Made by a program: the position numbers and the translations under genes. The notes beneath the pieces were generated by a model that did not search any database, was not told where the DNA came from, and worked only from the letters and a program-made list of their open reading frames with translations. From positions 124,001 through 188,000 of the IMG/VR virus record IMGVR_UViG_3300027754_000034: a DNA stretch of 64,000 nt. One strand, written 5' to 3'. This document shows positions 51,262 to 60,879 of this stretch, piece after piece (within the stretch, counting starts at the first letter, position 1; the number at the start of each line of letters is the position of its first letter).

Positions 51262-52296
51262 TTACTTTTTATATAACCTATTCACATTATTCAAGGCCCA
51301 TTCTTCCAATTCTGATTTTCCTAGTCTTTTTGCCGACCACCTAATTATATCATAGGGTCCTTCATGTAAGGCTGCTGGATGTCGAAAACCTATTCTATAT
51401 ACCGATGTTCCAAGTCCACTATCTAGTCCCATATTAATCGCTTGTCTCGACCAGATTATTGCTTTATCAAACATGTTGAGATGATAACTACAAAATCCTG
51501 CCAACCAATACAACTCCGCGATGCCAGGATGTCTACCTATCCCTCTCGCACATGATTCCAAAGCTTTCTGATATTCATTTTTCTTAATAAAGCAACCAGC
51601 CATTTTGAACATACTCCAAGCAGATTCTTCATCCCAGCCGTTCAAATTATGGCAAGATTCATAAGCTAGTATGGCGTCATCTAATTTATTTAAATTATTG
51701 TAAGTGTCTCCTAAATAATAAAACCACCTCGGATCTTTCGCATTTTCCTTTGTATGCTTTTCTAAAATTTCGGCATCTCTCTTTAGTTTGTGCTGCATCT
51801 GTTCAGCAGTCTTACGTAACTCACTAAAATTAGCATTAGGGGCATTGTGGCACCCCACAGAATGTGCAGGGTAAACCTCATGGGTAGGACCATAAAAAGC
51901 ACTGGATATAGGCAACCGAAAACATCGTGCTTTATAATATGTCTTCCCAACATCCATTATGGATATGCAGTTTTCTTTTGTAAGAGACATTAGTTTTCTT
52001 AAGTCATCGTTATTCTGGTGAATTCTTTCGTCCGTATCTAGAATTATCGCCCAATCACCACCGTGGTTATGCGCCGACAATAGTGTGAAATTCCGAGCAG
52101 CTGCAAAGTCATTGATCCATGGGAAAGATTCTATTATGAGTCTTTCTCCACATACATCTTTAGCTACTTCTAAAGTTTGGTCTGTAATGCCTGTATCAAC
52201 CACCAAGAATTTATCGACTATATCATATACGCTTTTTAAGGCATCTGATATTATACTCTGATTATTTCCAGATAGAGTTACACTTATGACCTTCAT
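51262..52296 (-). CDS. GT2 glycosyltransferase with TPR repeats
   Basis: VVDTG.TD.T, W.NDFAAARN, LDTDE, HE, DPRW.YYLG. Confidence 0.9.
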   Translation of the reverse strand: MKVISVTLSGNNQSIISDALKSVYDIVDKFLVVDTGITDQTLEVAKDVCGERLIIESFPWINDFAAARNFTLLSAHNHGGDWAIILDTDERIHQNNDDLRKLMSLTKENCISIMDVGKTYYKARCFRLPISSAFYGPTHEVYPAHSVGCHNAPNANFSELRKTAEQMQHKLKRDAEILEKHTKENAKDPRWFYYLGDTYNNLNKLDDAILAYESCHNLNGWDEESAWSMFKMAGCFIKKNEYQKALESCARGIGRHPGIAELYWLAGFCSYHLNMFDKAIIWSRQAINMGLDSGLGTSVYRIGFRHPAALHEGPYDIIRWSAKRLGKSELEEWALNNVNRLYKK

Positions 52297-52349
52297 AACT
52301 AAGTTATTTTACTAATTGAGTTGTCGCATCATTACTTTATTTATGGTAT

Positions 52350-52766
52350 GTGAAAATCATGGGAATTTTTAGCAAGTTAAAACATAAAATAGCCGTAACC
52401 AAAAGCAATAGAAGAGAAAAAAGAAAAGAAAAACTCCGTTCCCCTAAGTGGTCTTCTACCAGGGATTCATTTTTAAAAAGTCACAATACTTGCTCTGTGT
52501 GTATGGGAACCAGTAATCTACAAGTACACCACATAAAACCATTCCATAAATATCCCGAACTAGAATTAGACTCTGAAAATCTTATTACATTATGTATGGG
52601 CGACAAGGATTGCCACTTAGGAATAGGTCATGGAGGATCCTTTGATTTTTATAATCCAAAGGTTCGAGAAGATGTAAAACTGCTTACGGAAAAATTGTCT
52701 TTATTTGATAAATTGAAAACAGAAATAAAGCAAAGAAGATTTTCTAATACTAATAAATCCCTCTAA
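52350..52766 (+). CDS. HNH endonuclease
   Basis: CSVC...LQVHHIKP...NLITLC....CH...H. Confidence 0.88.
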   Translation: MKIMGIFSKLKHKIAVTKSNRREKRKEKLRSPKWSSTRDSFLKSHNTCSVCMGTSNLQVHHIKPFHKYPELELDSENLITLCMGDKDCHLGIGHGGSFDFYNPKVREDVKLLTEKLSLFDKLKTEIKQRRFSNTNKSL

Positions 52767-53047
52767 TCTCCAATAACGATATCCAAAGACAATAAATTTA
52801 GAGAATATGTGAGTTGCATTTGCGCCACTACGTGGAGGCCATTACTTGGTGTTTCCATGACCTCCCGTATTGATTTTATGTCTTCAGATTCTTGAGCCAG
52901 CTCACATTTATCTAAACTATAACTCTCAATTAATCCTTGCTTACATAATGATTCTAAAAGAATATTAATTTTAACCCGATGAGTTTCTAACGATTTATCT
53001 GTAATTATATAATTAGATATCGTATCACGAATCATTTGCTCTATCAT
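52763..53047 (-). CDS. Hypothetical protein
   Basis: Leaderless-type box; internal tag-like IREVMET. Confidence 0.45.
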   Translation of the reverse strand: MIEQMIRDTISNYIITDKSLETHRVKINILLESLCKQGLIESYSLDKCELAQESEDIKSIREVMETPSNGLHVVAQMQLTYSLNLLSLDIVIGD

Positions 53048-53135
53048 AAATGAAGTTACACAAAGAATTTCATTTACACCGGATTTGAATTTGTCATATA
53101 CCCTAGTAGTTCCCCGAGCATATGTTCAGGTGAAA

Positions 53136-53185
53136 CGACGCCGTGATCGATCGAGTGTATTCGGGCTCGAACGATCACGGCGTCG
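53136..53185. other. GC-rich hairpin in AT-rich intergenic DNA
   Basis: cgacgccgtgatcg...cgatcacggcgtcg perfect 14-bp arms plus inner tcgag/ctcga. Confidence 0.7.
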
Positions 53186-53280
53186 AACGTGAATCCCATT
53201 CTTTTAACATTGGCTTTAAACCTTGATTAAGGCTGCGGAGTCTCACCACGGTTTTTATCTTTTAATGTATACTTCATAGT

Positions 53281-54174
53281 ATGAACCCCGTAAATGCATC
53301 TAATATGATGAAGAGAATGGCTGCCGCGTTAGCGGCATCCAAGTCTCCCAATAAATCTGCCGTAGCAAAAGATCTTATGGCATTATCTGACGCCATAAAC
53401 GGAAATAGAAAAGCTGAGGCTTATTTAACAAATAAATTGGCGGGAGGAAGGACTCACAAAGGAAACATACCACCCCTCCCCATGCAAGGGGAGCGTTTGG
53501 ATTTTTCTGGTATGATCCCTTTAGATAAGGATTTTCATGGGAAGGACCTGTCCGTACTGAACTTCATCGATGAGGATTTACGCAGGGCGCAATTACAAAA
53601 CGCGAAACTTAACGGGAGGGACCTGTCCGGGGCGGACCTGTCCGGGGCGGACCTGACCGGGGCGGACCTGAGCGGTGCGAAACTTAACGAGGCAACCATG
53701 AAAGGGGCGAACCTCACCGGGGCGGACCTGACCGGGGCGGTCCTGACCAACGTAAACCTGTCCGTGGCGAAACTGACCGAGGCGAACCTGTCCGGGGCGA
53801 ACCTGTCCGGGGCGAACCTGTCCGGGGCGAACCTCACCGGGGCGAACCTGTCCGGGGCGAATCTGGACGAGGCATTTCTGATTGATAAGCGGCACCCCGC
53901 ACCCACAGTAAGAGCTGAAGGACACCCAGAAATAGAATTGTTCATCCAAGAAAATCTCAGCAGAAATTATGGAGTTCATACTCTCAATGACTGGTCTGAT
54001 CTCTTGACTGATGCGGTATATGAGGCGTCCGGTGCCTACCATGGTAGTAATTTGAAAGAGCGTGTAAAAGAGGAGCTGATAAAGGAACTATTAGCGGGCA
54101 ATTTTATGAGAGGCATTATAGACTTCAGTGATATTCTGAAAAGACTTCAAATTTCGGATGTAATGATGGCATAA
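53281..54174 (+). CDS. Mosaic pentapeptide-repeat protein (N-module of 24897, C-domain and tag of 16875)
   Basis: KRMAAAL..SK.P N-terminus; ends DFSDILKRLQISDVMMA*. Confidence 0.88.
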   Translation: MNPVNASNMMKRMAAALAASKSPNKSAVAKDLMALSDAINGNRKAEAYLTNKLAGGRTHKGNIPPLPMQGERLDFSGMIPLDKDFHGKDLSVLNFIDEDLRRAQLQNAKLNGRDLSGADLSGADLTGADLSGAKLNEATMKGANLTGADLTGAVLTNVNLSVAKLTEANLSGANLSGANLSGANLTGANLSGANLDEAFLIDKRHPAPTVRAEGHPEIELFIQENLSRNYGVHTLNDWSDLLTDAVYEASGAYHGSNLKERVKEELIKELLAGNFMRGIIDFSDILKRLQISDVMMA

Positions 54175-54248
54175 TAGTAAAAATGCAACTGAACCATAAT
54201 GATCACCAAACAGAAAACACGTGGATTATTATGGCACCTCACTTGTTG

Positions 54249-54824
54249 TCACTTATTTGATGACCACACCACACGCCGACGACCTTTATCCTTAATATAG
54301 GCTCGAACTATGGATGATATTGGAATGTTTCCAGGATATCTTGCTGTCAAAGCCCCCAATCCCCCTTGCCCATCATCGATCAACAAAGGGTCAGGGGTAA
54401 TCTTCATGGAGTTAATAACCTGAATGATTACATCATTAGGTTCACCCCCGTTTTCGATGAGCTTCATGATCTCGGCCCCAGCTTCTGGATATTCATCCAT
54501 GAACTCGTCAGATGGCGGGTCTCCAAGACTATAACAGTTCACGGAGTCCTCATCCATCAAGAGAGGTCCAGGTGGAACCACCTCGATGATTACAACCTCA
54601 TCGTCTGATAGTTTTAGAATTTCCTGATAATTGTTGGCCCCTTTCATATTATTTATGAGATAAACCCCTTCTCCCGTCTTATATCCTCCCCATTTAACAT
54701 TATTAGAAGTCTTTTTCAGTCCGCTCTTAAGAATAGATTTCAACAACTTCCGATTCGTAACATGAAACCATTTATTACCGCCAGCAGCCACCCGATAGGC
54801 AACAGTGTAGAGATTCATAGACAT
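54249..54824 (-). CDS. ADP-ribosyltransferase-fold (Tpt1/DarT-like) protein with 'RVAA' leader
   Basis: WFHVT....LKSILKSGLK...GVYL...IP.S.I. Confidence 0.65.
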   Translation of the reverse strand: MSMNLYTVAYRVAAGGNKWFHVTNRKLLKSILKSGLKKTSNNVKWGGYKTGEGVYLINNMKGANNYQEILKLSDDEVVIIEVVPPGPLLMDEDSVNCYSLGDPPSDEFMDEYPEAGAEIMKLIENGGEPNDVIIQVINSMKITPDPLLIDDGQGGLGALTARYPGNIPISSIVRAYIKDKGRRRVVWSSNK

Positions 54825-54991
54825 CCTTGTTGAGATAGTAGTATGCTGAATTTTATTATTACGGTGATACTTTTCTTCCTGTTATTTTAAAAAAAAATTC
54901 AGTATCATTTAGCCTTGTTGGTGTTTATCCAGTATAATCTATTTGCGTTTTACTAATTGACTTTTTTGATACGTAGTGTTACAATGGTTAC

Positions 54992-56515
54992 ATGATTGAG
55001 TTTTTAGATTCTGAATTTACTCTTAGAGAGTTTGGTTATTCAGTTCCTAAAAGATCAGATGATAAATGCTATGCCAAATGCTCACTTGGGAATCATTCTG
55101 TAATAACCACGTTAAGAGCTTTGAAGAGAACTCTTAAGAAGCGTGGGTTATATAGATGTTCTAAGTGCGTTTCTAACTCAGAAGAAGGCAAGCGACACCG
55201 ATCTTTGCAGGCCATTACTTTATGGTCTAATCCAGAAATAGCAAGTTTGATATCTGAAAAATCTAAGGAGTTAGCGAATAGCGAGAAGGGAAGAGCACAA
55301 CGTTCTCTTCAATCAAAGAAGGCGTGGGAGTCAGAACCCTATTCCAGAGTTCAAAAAGACCGAATCGCTAGTTTATTTAAGTCAGAAGAACATCGTAAAT
55401 TAGTATCTGAACGGAATAAAAAGGATTACCAAGAAAATCCTATTAAATATATTGAAGATAAAGTATCCGCGATGTGGTCGGATGCTGCAAAGAAAAAACA
55501 TAAAGAAGCTCTGGCTAGTCCCGAATATAGAGAAACTCACCGCCAGTTAGCCAAAACCAGGTTTGAAAACGATGAGTATAAAGAAAAAATAGCTAAGGGA
55601 CTAGAAAACTTTCCTCGTGGTGGGAAGATGTCCACGCCGGAAAAGCAGGTAAAAGATATTTTAGAAGCTCTTGTACTAGAGTATGTTTATAACAAGGCGG
55701 TAGGCCCTTATAACTTTGACTTCTATATCGAAAAACTTAACCTATATGTTGAGGTACAAGGTGAATATTGGCACAGTCTACCAAATAACGAAAGACGAGA
55801 TCGGGCTAAGTTTTCATACCTAAGAATGGCTTTTCCAGAAGCCAAATTAATTTATCTGTGGGATTATGATTTTAACTCCGGAAACGCTGAATATAAAATT
55901 CGAGAAGCATTAGGGTTATCCCTTAATTCAGCAATCGAGTTTAAGTTCTCAGAATGTTCATTGAGAACAGTTAATTCAACTGAGGCTAAGCCGTTTCTTA
56001 ACAGCTGGCATTACGCGCAATATGGAAAGGCTGCTAAATTTCTCTATGGTGTTTATTTAAACGAGTTATTAATATCAGTTTGCAAAATTGGTCCGGTGAG
56101 CCGTAAAGAAGTCGCTTCGTCAGAAGGATTCACTCCTAAAGAATGCTTCGAACTTGATAGGTTCTGCATTCACCCTTTTTATCATAAGAAAAACCTCGGG
56201 TCTTTTCTATTGAGCCGATCGGTAAAAACTTTCTTTAATGAATTTCCGCAATCTAAAGCATTAGTTAGCTTTTCTGATTCTACCTTCGGGCATGAGGGAA
56301 CTATTTATCGAGCTAGTAATTGGACGGAAGTCAGAAAAGTAAAACCTGATTACATTTATGTGGCTTCTGATGGATGGATTTTACATAAGAAAACCCTATA
56401 TAATCAAGCCGTTTCGGTACATATGACCGAAACGGCTTATGCTTCTAAGCATGGTTATAAAAAAGTATTCGGAAAAGAAAAAACGAAATTCATCACCAAA
56501 CGCTCATGTCGATAA
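54992..56515 (+). CDS. Fusion: helical repeats, DUF559/Vsr-like endonuclease and Mom-like (GNAT) domain
   Basis: S.PE...FDFYI...VEVQGEYWH...RD..K; FL..WHY, ELDRFC, SFLLSRS, LVSFSD...GHEGTIYRASNW. Confidence 0.78.
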   Translation: MIEFLDSEFTLREFGYSVPKRSDDKCYAKCSLGNHSVITTLRALKRTLKKRGLYRCSKCVSNSEEGKRHRSLQAITLWSNPEIASLISEKSKELANSEKGRAQRSLQSKKAWESEPYSRVQKDRIASLFKSEEHRKLVSERNKKDYQENPIKYIEDKVSAMWSDAAKKKHKEALASPEYRETHRQLAKTRFENDEYKEKIAKGLENFPRGGKMSTPEKQVKDILEALVLEYVYNKAVGPYNFDFYIEKLNLYVEVQGEYWHSLPNNERRDRAKFSYLRMAFPEAKLIYLWDYDFNSGNAEYKIREALGLSLNSAIEFKFSECSLRTVNSTEAKPFLNSWHYAQYGKAAKFLYGVYLNELLISVCKIGPVSRKEVASSEGFTPKECFELDRFCIHPFYHKKNLGSFLLSRSVKTFFNEFPQSKALVSFSDSTFGHEGTIYRASNWTEVRKVKPDYIYVASDGWILHKKTLYNQAVSVHMTETAYASKHGYKKVFGKEKTKFITKRSCR

Positions 56516-57710
56516 TATCATCATGAACTGCCCCTGTTCCTATTAGGATAACAGGCACCCCAGCAGTTTCTTCTACTTTGTTAATGAAATCGCGGGATTC
56601 TTTAGAAAGACTCTTTAGAGCCTCCTTTCCTCCACGAATCCCATTATCATTCCAGTTTAGATATTGAACGAAGTTCACCGAGATCTTGGTAACCCCGTTT
56701 ACGCGAACGGCGTCTTCCAAGCCTATCCAAGAAAATGTAGAAACTCGTCGAATACGTTTTGTAACTGTTGTACGCTCGCGTTCTGCTAGTTTTTCTGCCT
56801 CTTCTTTAGGCATTCCCGCGTTTTTTGCTACTTGATCCCAGGTCAGCTCTTTACAATCATCGTAAAAGCCTCCTGAATACCCCTTCTGCTCTCCGTCATC
56901 CTCCACCACATTGCCTACGCGGATTGGGTAGGAGCGAAGATTCAGCCAAACATCACCCAGCATACTGGGAGGTACCGCCATGTAGTCCATAGCGGCTTGC
57001 AGGGTGCAGTTCCGACTCGTGCAGAATGGATAATGAGACCCATGGTCTATTGACAGTGCATAACCTTGGCTTCCTTCATGGAGCCAAGTATTACCTTCAT
57101 TAATCAATGAATGCGTGAGATTCCGAAATTCCATGGCAGACACCACCTGAATTTTCTCAAGTGCTTCTGCAATCCCGTTTTCTCCAATATATTTTTGGCA
57201 TTCCGAATCAGATGAAAGCAAGTCTGAGAACACATCTTCTAACTTGCGAGAAGCCACCACTGAGGCGTTTGGCTTTCGAAGAATCTTATCAGACAAAGCC
57301 GTTCCTGATCCCTGCATCGTGGAGGCAATGTGTTTGGTGGACTCCATACCATCTCGCTCACGAGAGGCATGTTCATCTGTCACATAAAGAGCTCGATCAT
57401 GAATGAAGAGACGAGGATTGCCACATTCATGCCATTCCTTCAAAAGCTGCTTCGGGGCAAATCCGGAACCTGGGCTTACAAATCCCACCATTCCAATCCC
57501 ATTCACCTTCTTAAGGATCAGAGCCGTTGGAATGGCCTTGGATACGAATTTTGTTCCATCTGCAAATATGGCGGAGTGACCGGCATTCGGAAGATTCGCG
57601 GAGGAGACGTTCACCACCCCATATTTATCAGCCAGGTATGTTGATATCTTTCCTTTCCCACTCGATCCCCACGCCTGATCCAAAATTACGTTAAATTTAC
57701 CGTTCTTCAA
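56493..57710 (-). CDS. purZ: PurZ-like 2-aminodeoxyadenylosuccinate synthetase (PurA paralog)
   Basis: WGSSGKGK (Ser where PurA has catalytic Asp13), PNAGH, EGSQG, YPIRVG (Ile, not Thr), TTVTK, NFVQY (not TKLD); TTG start with GGAGG. Confidence 0.8.
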   Translation of the reverse strand: MKNGKFNVILDQAWGSSGKGKISTYLADKYGVVNVSSANLPNAGHSAIFADGTKFVSKAIPTALILKKVNGIGMVGFVSPGSGFAPKQLLKEWHECGNPRLFIHDRALYVTDEHASRERDGMESTKHIASTMQGSGTALSDKILRKPNASVVASRKLEDVFSDLLSSDSECQKYIGENGIAEALEKIQVVSAMEFRNLTHSLINEGNTWLHEGSQGYALSIDHGSHYPFCTSRNCTLQAAMDYMAVPPSMLGDVWLNLRSYPIRVGNVVEDDGEQKGYSGGFYDDCKELTWDQVAKNAGMPKEEAEKLAERERTTVTKRIRRVSTFSWIGLEDAVRVNGVTKISVNFVQYLNWNDNGIRGGKEALKSLSKESRDFINKVEETAGVPVILIGTGAVHDDIIDMSVW

Positions 57711-57739
57711 TGCAACCTCCGTGTTTAGAGACTATACAT

Positions 57740-58507
57740 TCAGTCTTTATCTTCAATATCATTTTTAACCGGCTTTAAATCCGAAATCAGAATTTCCGAT
57801 TCAACGCCCGAAACTCTATATAAGGTAGTTTTTTCGTATATCTTATCAAGATCTTTTTTCTCTACATATCTGGCTAGACTTCTACGAGGGTCATTTTTAA
57901 AATGACCCAAGGCAAATATTCGGGCACCCGCTAGTTGTTTAAAAGTGAATTCTCTCCCTTCTAATTTAAATTCTTTTCTTTTATGGTATCTATTTAGTTC
58001 TCTTACCTTCAAATGCCTTCTGAGAGAACGTTCACTCACGAACATCACTCGAATGGAAATGTCACTAGGTATTTTCTTAAATAATCTTAAGGAAATTCTC
58101 AAAGCATAATCGCATGCTAATGCAAAAGCATCTTGATATGAATTGGCCCTAATTAAGACACTCGCCATTCCGAAAGATTCATGCAATATGACTCGCCAGA
58201 TTTTCATATCGGGGTCTATACTTTCACCCACCAGCCTTCTAAGGGTATTTATTTTGTAATCAGGGAATGCTAATTTTTGAGCAGCATCAAATATCTGATC
58301 AAATTTAGTTTTCCCTGATTTTGCAGGATGAATCGGAATCTCTTCTAAAATACTATAATGTATAGCATTGTTTTTTATTAGTTCCGTGAGCACTTCCCTG
58401 AAGTATTCTTCATCCTTTTTACCAGACATTCTAAATATGCATTTTTCTATCGCTTCCAGGGCCTCTTCAGATAAAGGATCAACAGAACGAATTTTGGGAC
58501 TACTCAT
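57740..58507 (-). CDS. Hypothetical protein
   Basis: 255-aa ORF upstream of purZ. Confidence 0.6.
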   Translation of the reverse strand: MSSPKIRSVDPLSEEALEAIEKCIFRMSGKKDEEYFREVLTELIKNNAIHYSILEEIPIHPAKSGKTKFDQIFDAAQKLAFPDYKINTLRRLVGESIDPDMKIWRVILHESFGMASVLIRANSYQDAFALACDYALRISLRLFKKIPSDISIRVMFVSERSLRRHLKVRELNRYHKRKEFKLEGREFTFKQLAGARIFALGHFKNDPRRSLARYVEKKDLDKIYEKTTLYRVSGVESEILISDLKPVKNDIEDKD

Positions 58508-58865
58508 AAACTGTATAGTTTTAGCACAGAAGACAGACTCTGGGTACTTTACCCAATGGGATTAAATTACTTACTCGAAAAATTAATTTAATCCTAGCCT
58601 AATAAGGGAGCGGTTTTAAACCAGGAAGACCTAAGAAAAAAATAGGATCATCAGAATCGAGATTTTTCTGATTATCTGAAAATAAAGCATCTCATGATCC
58701 TTTATTTTCTTTTTCTTTTTTTGATCTGATCTTTTGTTAATTGAAATGAAATGGAAATGAACAAAGTAGATTCCTTCGTAGCAGGACACCCAGAGAAGGT
58801 AGAAGAGAAGTCAGTGAAGAAGAACGCCAAGTAAGTAGAACGCCAAGTAAGTAGAAGATTTAGAA

Positions 58866-59135
58866 ATGAAAGATTTTATTATAAGTAAAGAAGAGGGGAT
58901 ATTTCCTACTTTCTTTATTTTTATGGATCTTCCGAAGCATCTAGAGTATAGAGTGCAAAATATGCCCCTTTTAAAAGAAGGTATGATCGTTGATTTTAAT
59001 CTAAACATCAATGATCTTAGGTCTTTTAGACATCCCAAGATTATTAAGGGTAACCATATAATAAATAAATGTGTTTTCAAATATGGGGGAAAAAGGCCCG
59101 GTTTGGTGCAGTATGTGGAGTGGAAAGCTATTTAA
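58866..59135 (+). CDS. Hypothetical protein
   Basis: ORF track. Confidence 0.5.
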   Translation: MKDFIISKEEGIFPTFFIFMDLPKHLEYRVQNMPLLKEGMIVDFNLNINDLRSFRHPKIIKGNHIINKCVFKYGGKRPGLVQYVEWKAI

Positions 59136-59552
59136 AATTTATGAAACTTATGTAGGATAGTATTAAATAAAAATATTTATTGTGTAAATTGTATATGAGA
59201 AAGTATCCTCTTATATAAAGGGTCAATTTACGAAAAAATATTTAAATCACTATTCATTGAAGGGGGTCTACACACGAGAGCGTCACTTCTCTGGGATTCG
59301 CTGGTTATTTTCCTAAATGAAAGAATGGTGTGCCAATATGCTGAAGACTGGGGTATATGGGAAAGGAGCAGTGGGGAGAAATTTTATGAAAATTTGGCGA
59401 AAATTCTTATGCTTGTTTAGTATTTACTGAACAGATATTTACTTTACTATTGACTTTAAAAGAGGGCTATGTTAGACCTCTTTTATCCGATGTTGATCGG
59501 TTCTAACCATAACTCCGATAAGTCGGCGTAGCATTCGCCGCATGGGGACTAC

Positions 59553-60851
59553 ATGAATTCTGAAAAAGCCGATATTTCGGCAAGTTCTTCTGTGCGTGTC
59601 ATTATTCCTACAACTTCGGAATTTTTGACTAAATGGAATGCCTGGATTCACGGCAAAGTGAGCAAGCATTATAAGCGAGATAAAGAAAGAATCCCTGACA
59701 CTGCTCAAAGGGTAAGGCTTCGTTTACTCTCCAAGGATTTCATTTCTCGTTGGTTTTTTAAACATCTCACTGACGATCTCGTTGATCTGTCAGAGGCAAT
59801 CAGTATGACTGGCAATCCTAGGATTAATTTTTCACCTAGGATTAGCCCAGTTCATGGGGGTCGCAAAGATCCTAATTCTCTTTGGAGAATTTCAGATATT
59901 CTGAATTTCAGTAATTTTGATTATGAAAGGTATTTTTATAGTACTCAGAATCACACTATAGAGACTGATAAATTTCTTCGTTTATTGGGTTACGGATCTA
60001 AAAGTACTGTTACAGGTAAGTGGGAAATAAACACCGAGGATTATAGTGTACTGGAGTCATTATATCGACAAGGTAGAATCAAACCTGCTGAACTTACGGA
60101 ACATACTTGTTCAGAATCTAACATCAAGAAGAATTCTGACGGAACATGTTTAGTAGGTGGTTGTTCAGAAAAGCATTTTAGCAAGGGTTATTGTAAACCT
60201 CATTATAGAAGTACTCGCGCCAATGCATGTTCTGAATGTGAAAAAGGAAGAAATGTACTCAAAAGTAAGGGTATTTCTCTTGCTCATAGATGGAATGACC
60301 CTGAAGTAATAAAGTCTGTTTCGAAGCTTCGTTGGAACGATTCTCAGCTGGTTCCATTCTTGCGGGATTGGAAAAGTGGAAATCTTATTAAGCATCCACC
60401 TCGCTACATTATGAGAAAGCCTTCTGAGGCTACGGTGGATGCTGGATTACTCAAATACGCTAATATGGTGATTGATAATGACGTTTTCAATCATTTTAAG
60501 AGTATGATCAGATCGGATGATGTCTCTTACATCTCATTAGATATAAAATCTGACCCTGATGGGTCTACATTTGAGAAAATGTATTGGGAGACTAGTGAAG
60601 AAGGTTCAGGAAGAACAGCAGTATTTATCGATCATAACGCTCAAAATGAATTTATTGTGACTGAAGACAGATATACTATTATTTCATTAATAAGAAAGGC
60701 GAATTTAACACAGATTGAAGAGAATATCATCAAATTTGTGGATCTAGAAGAGTCTACCATATCTGAAGTAGCAGATAAATTAGGACTAGCCCCGGCTAAA
60801 ATTAATAAAATTCGTTTAAACGCTATGAATAAAATAAGAAGTTTAGCTTAA
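59553..60851 (+). CDS. ECF-like sigma factor with large Zn-finger-containing insertion in region 2
   Basis: DTAQ (DxxQ of sigma2.2), LLKYANMVIDNDVFNHFK (sigma2.3/2.4-like), LTQIEENII...TISEVADKLGLAPAKINKIRLNAMNKIR (sigma4). Confidence 0.65.
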   Translation: MNSEKADISASSSVRVIIPTTSEFLTKWNAWIHGKVSKHYKRDKERIPDTAQRVRLRLLSKDFISRWFFKHLTDDLVDLSEAISMTGNPRINFSPRISPVHGGRKDPNSLWRISDILNFSNFDYERYFYSTQNHTIETDKFLRLLGYGSKSTVTGKWEINTEDYSVLESLYRQGRIKPAELTEHTCSESNIKKNSDGTCLVGGCSEKHFSKGYCKPHYRSTRANACSECEKGRNVLKSKGISLAHRWNDPEVIKSVSKLRWNDSQLVPFLRDWKSGNLIKHPPRYIMRKPSEATVDAGLLKYANMVIDNDVFNHFKSMIRSDDVSYISLDIKSDPDGSTFEKMYWETSEEGSGRTAVFIDHNAQNEFIVTEDRYTIISLIRKANLTQIEENIIKFVDLEESTISEVADKLGLAPAKINKIRLNAMNKIRSLA

Positions 60852-60879
60852 ATTTTTCATGATTACCTAATGTAGGATC

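Noticed and set aside
56493-57710. Ordinary purA making a simple purA/purB AMP pathway
   Set aside because: The catalytic Asp, TRV and TKLD motifs are all replaced by PurZ-type residues; kept only as the alternative hypothesis
58821-58857. 17-bp direct repeat agaacgccaagtaagt
   Set aside because: Only two adjacent copies; most simply a local slippage duplication
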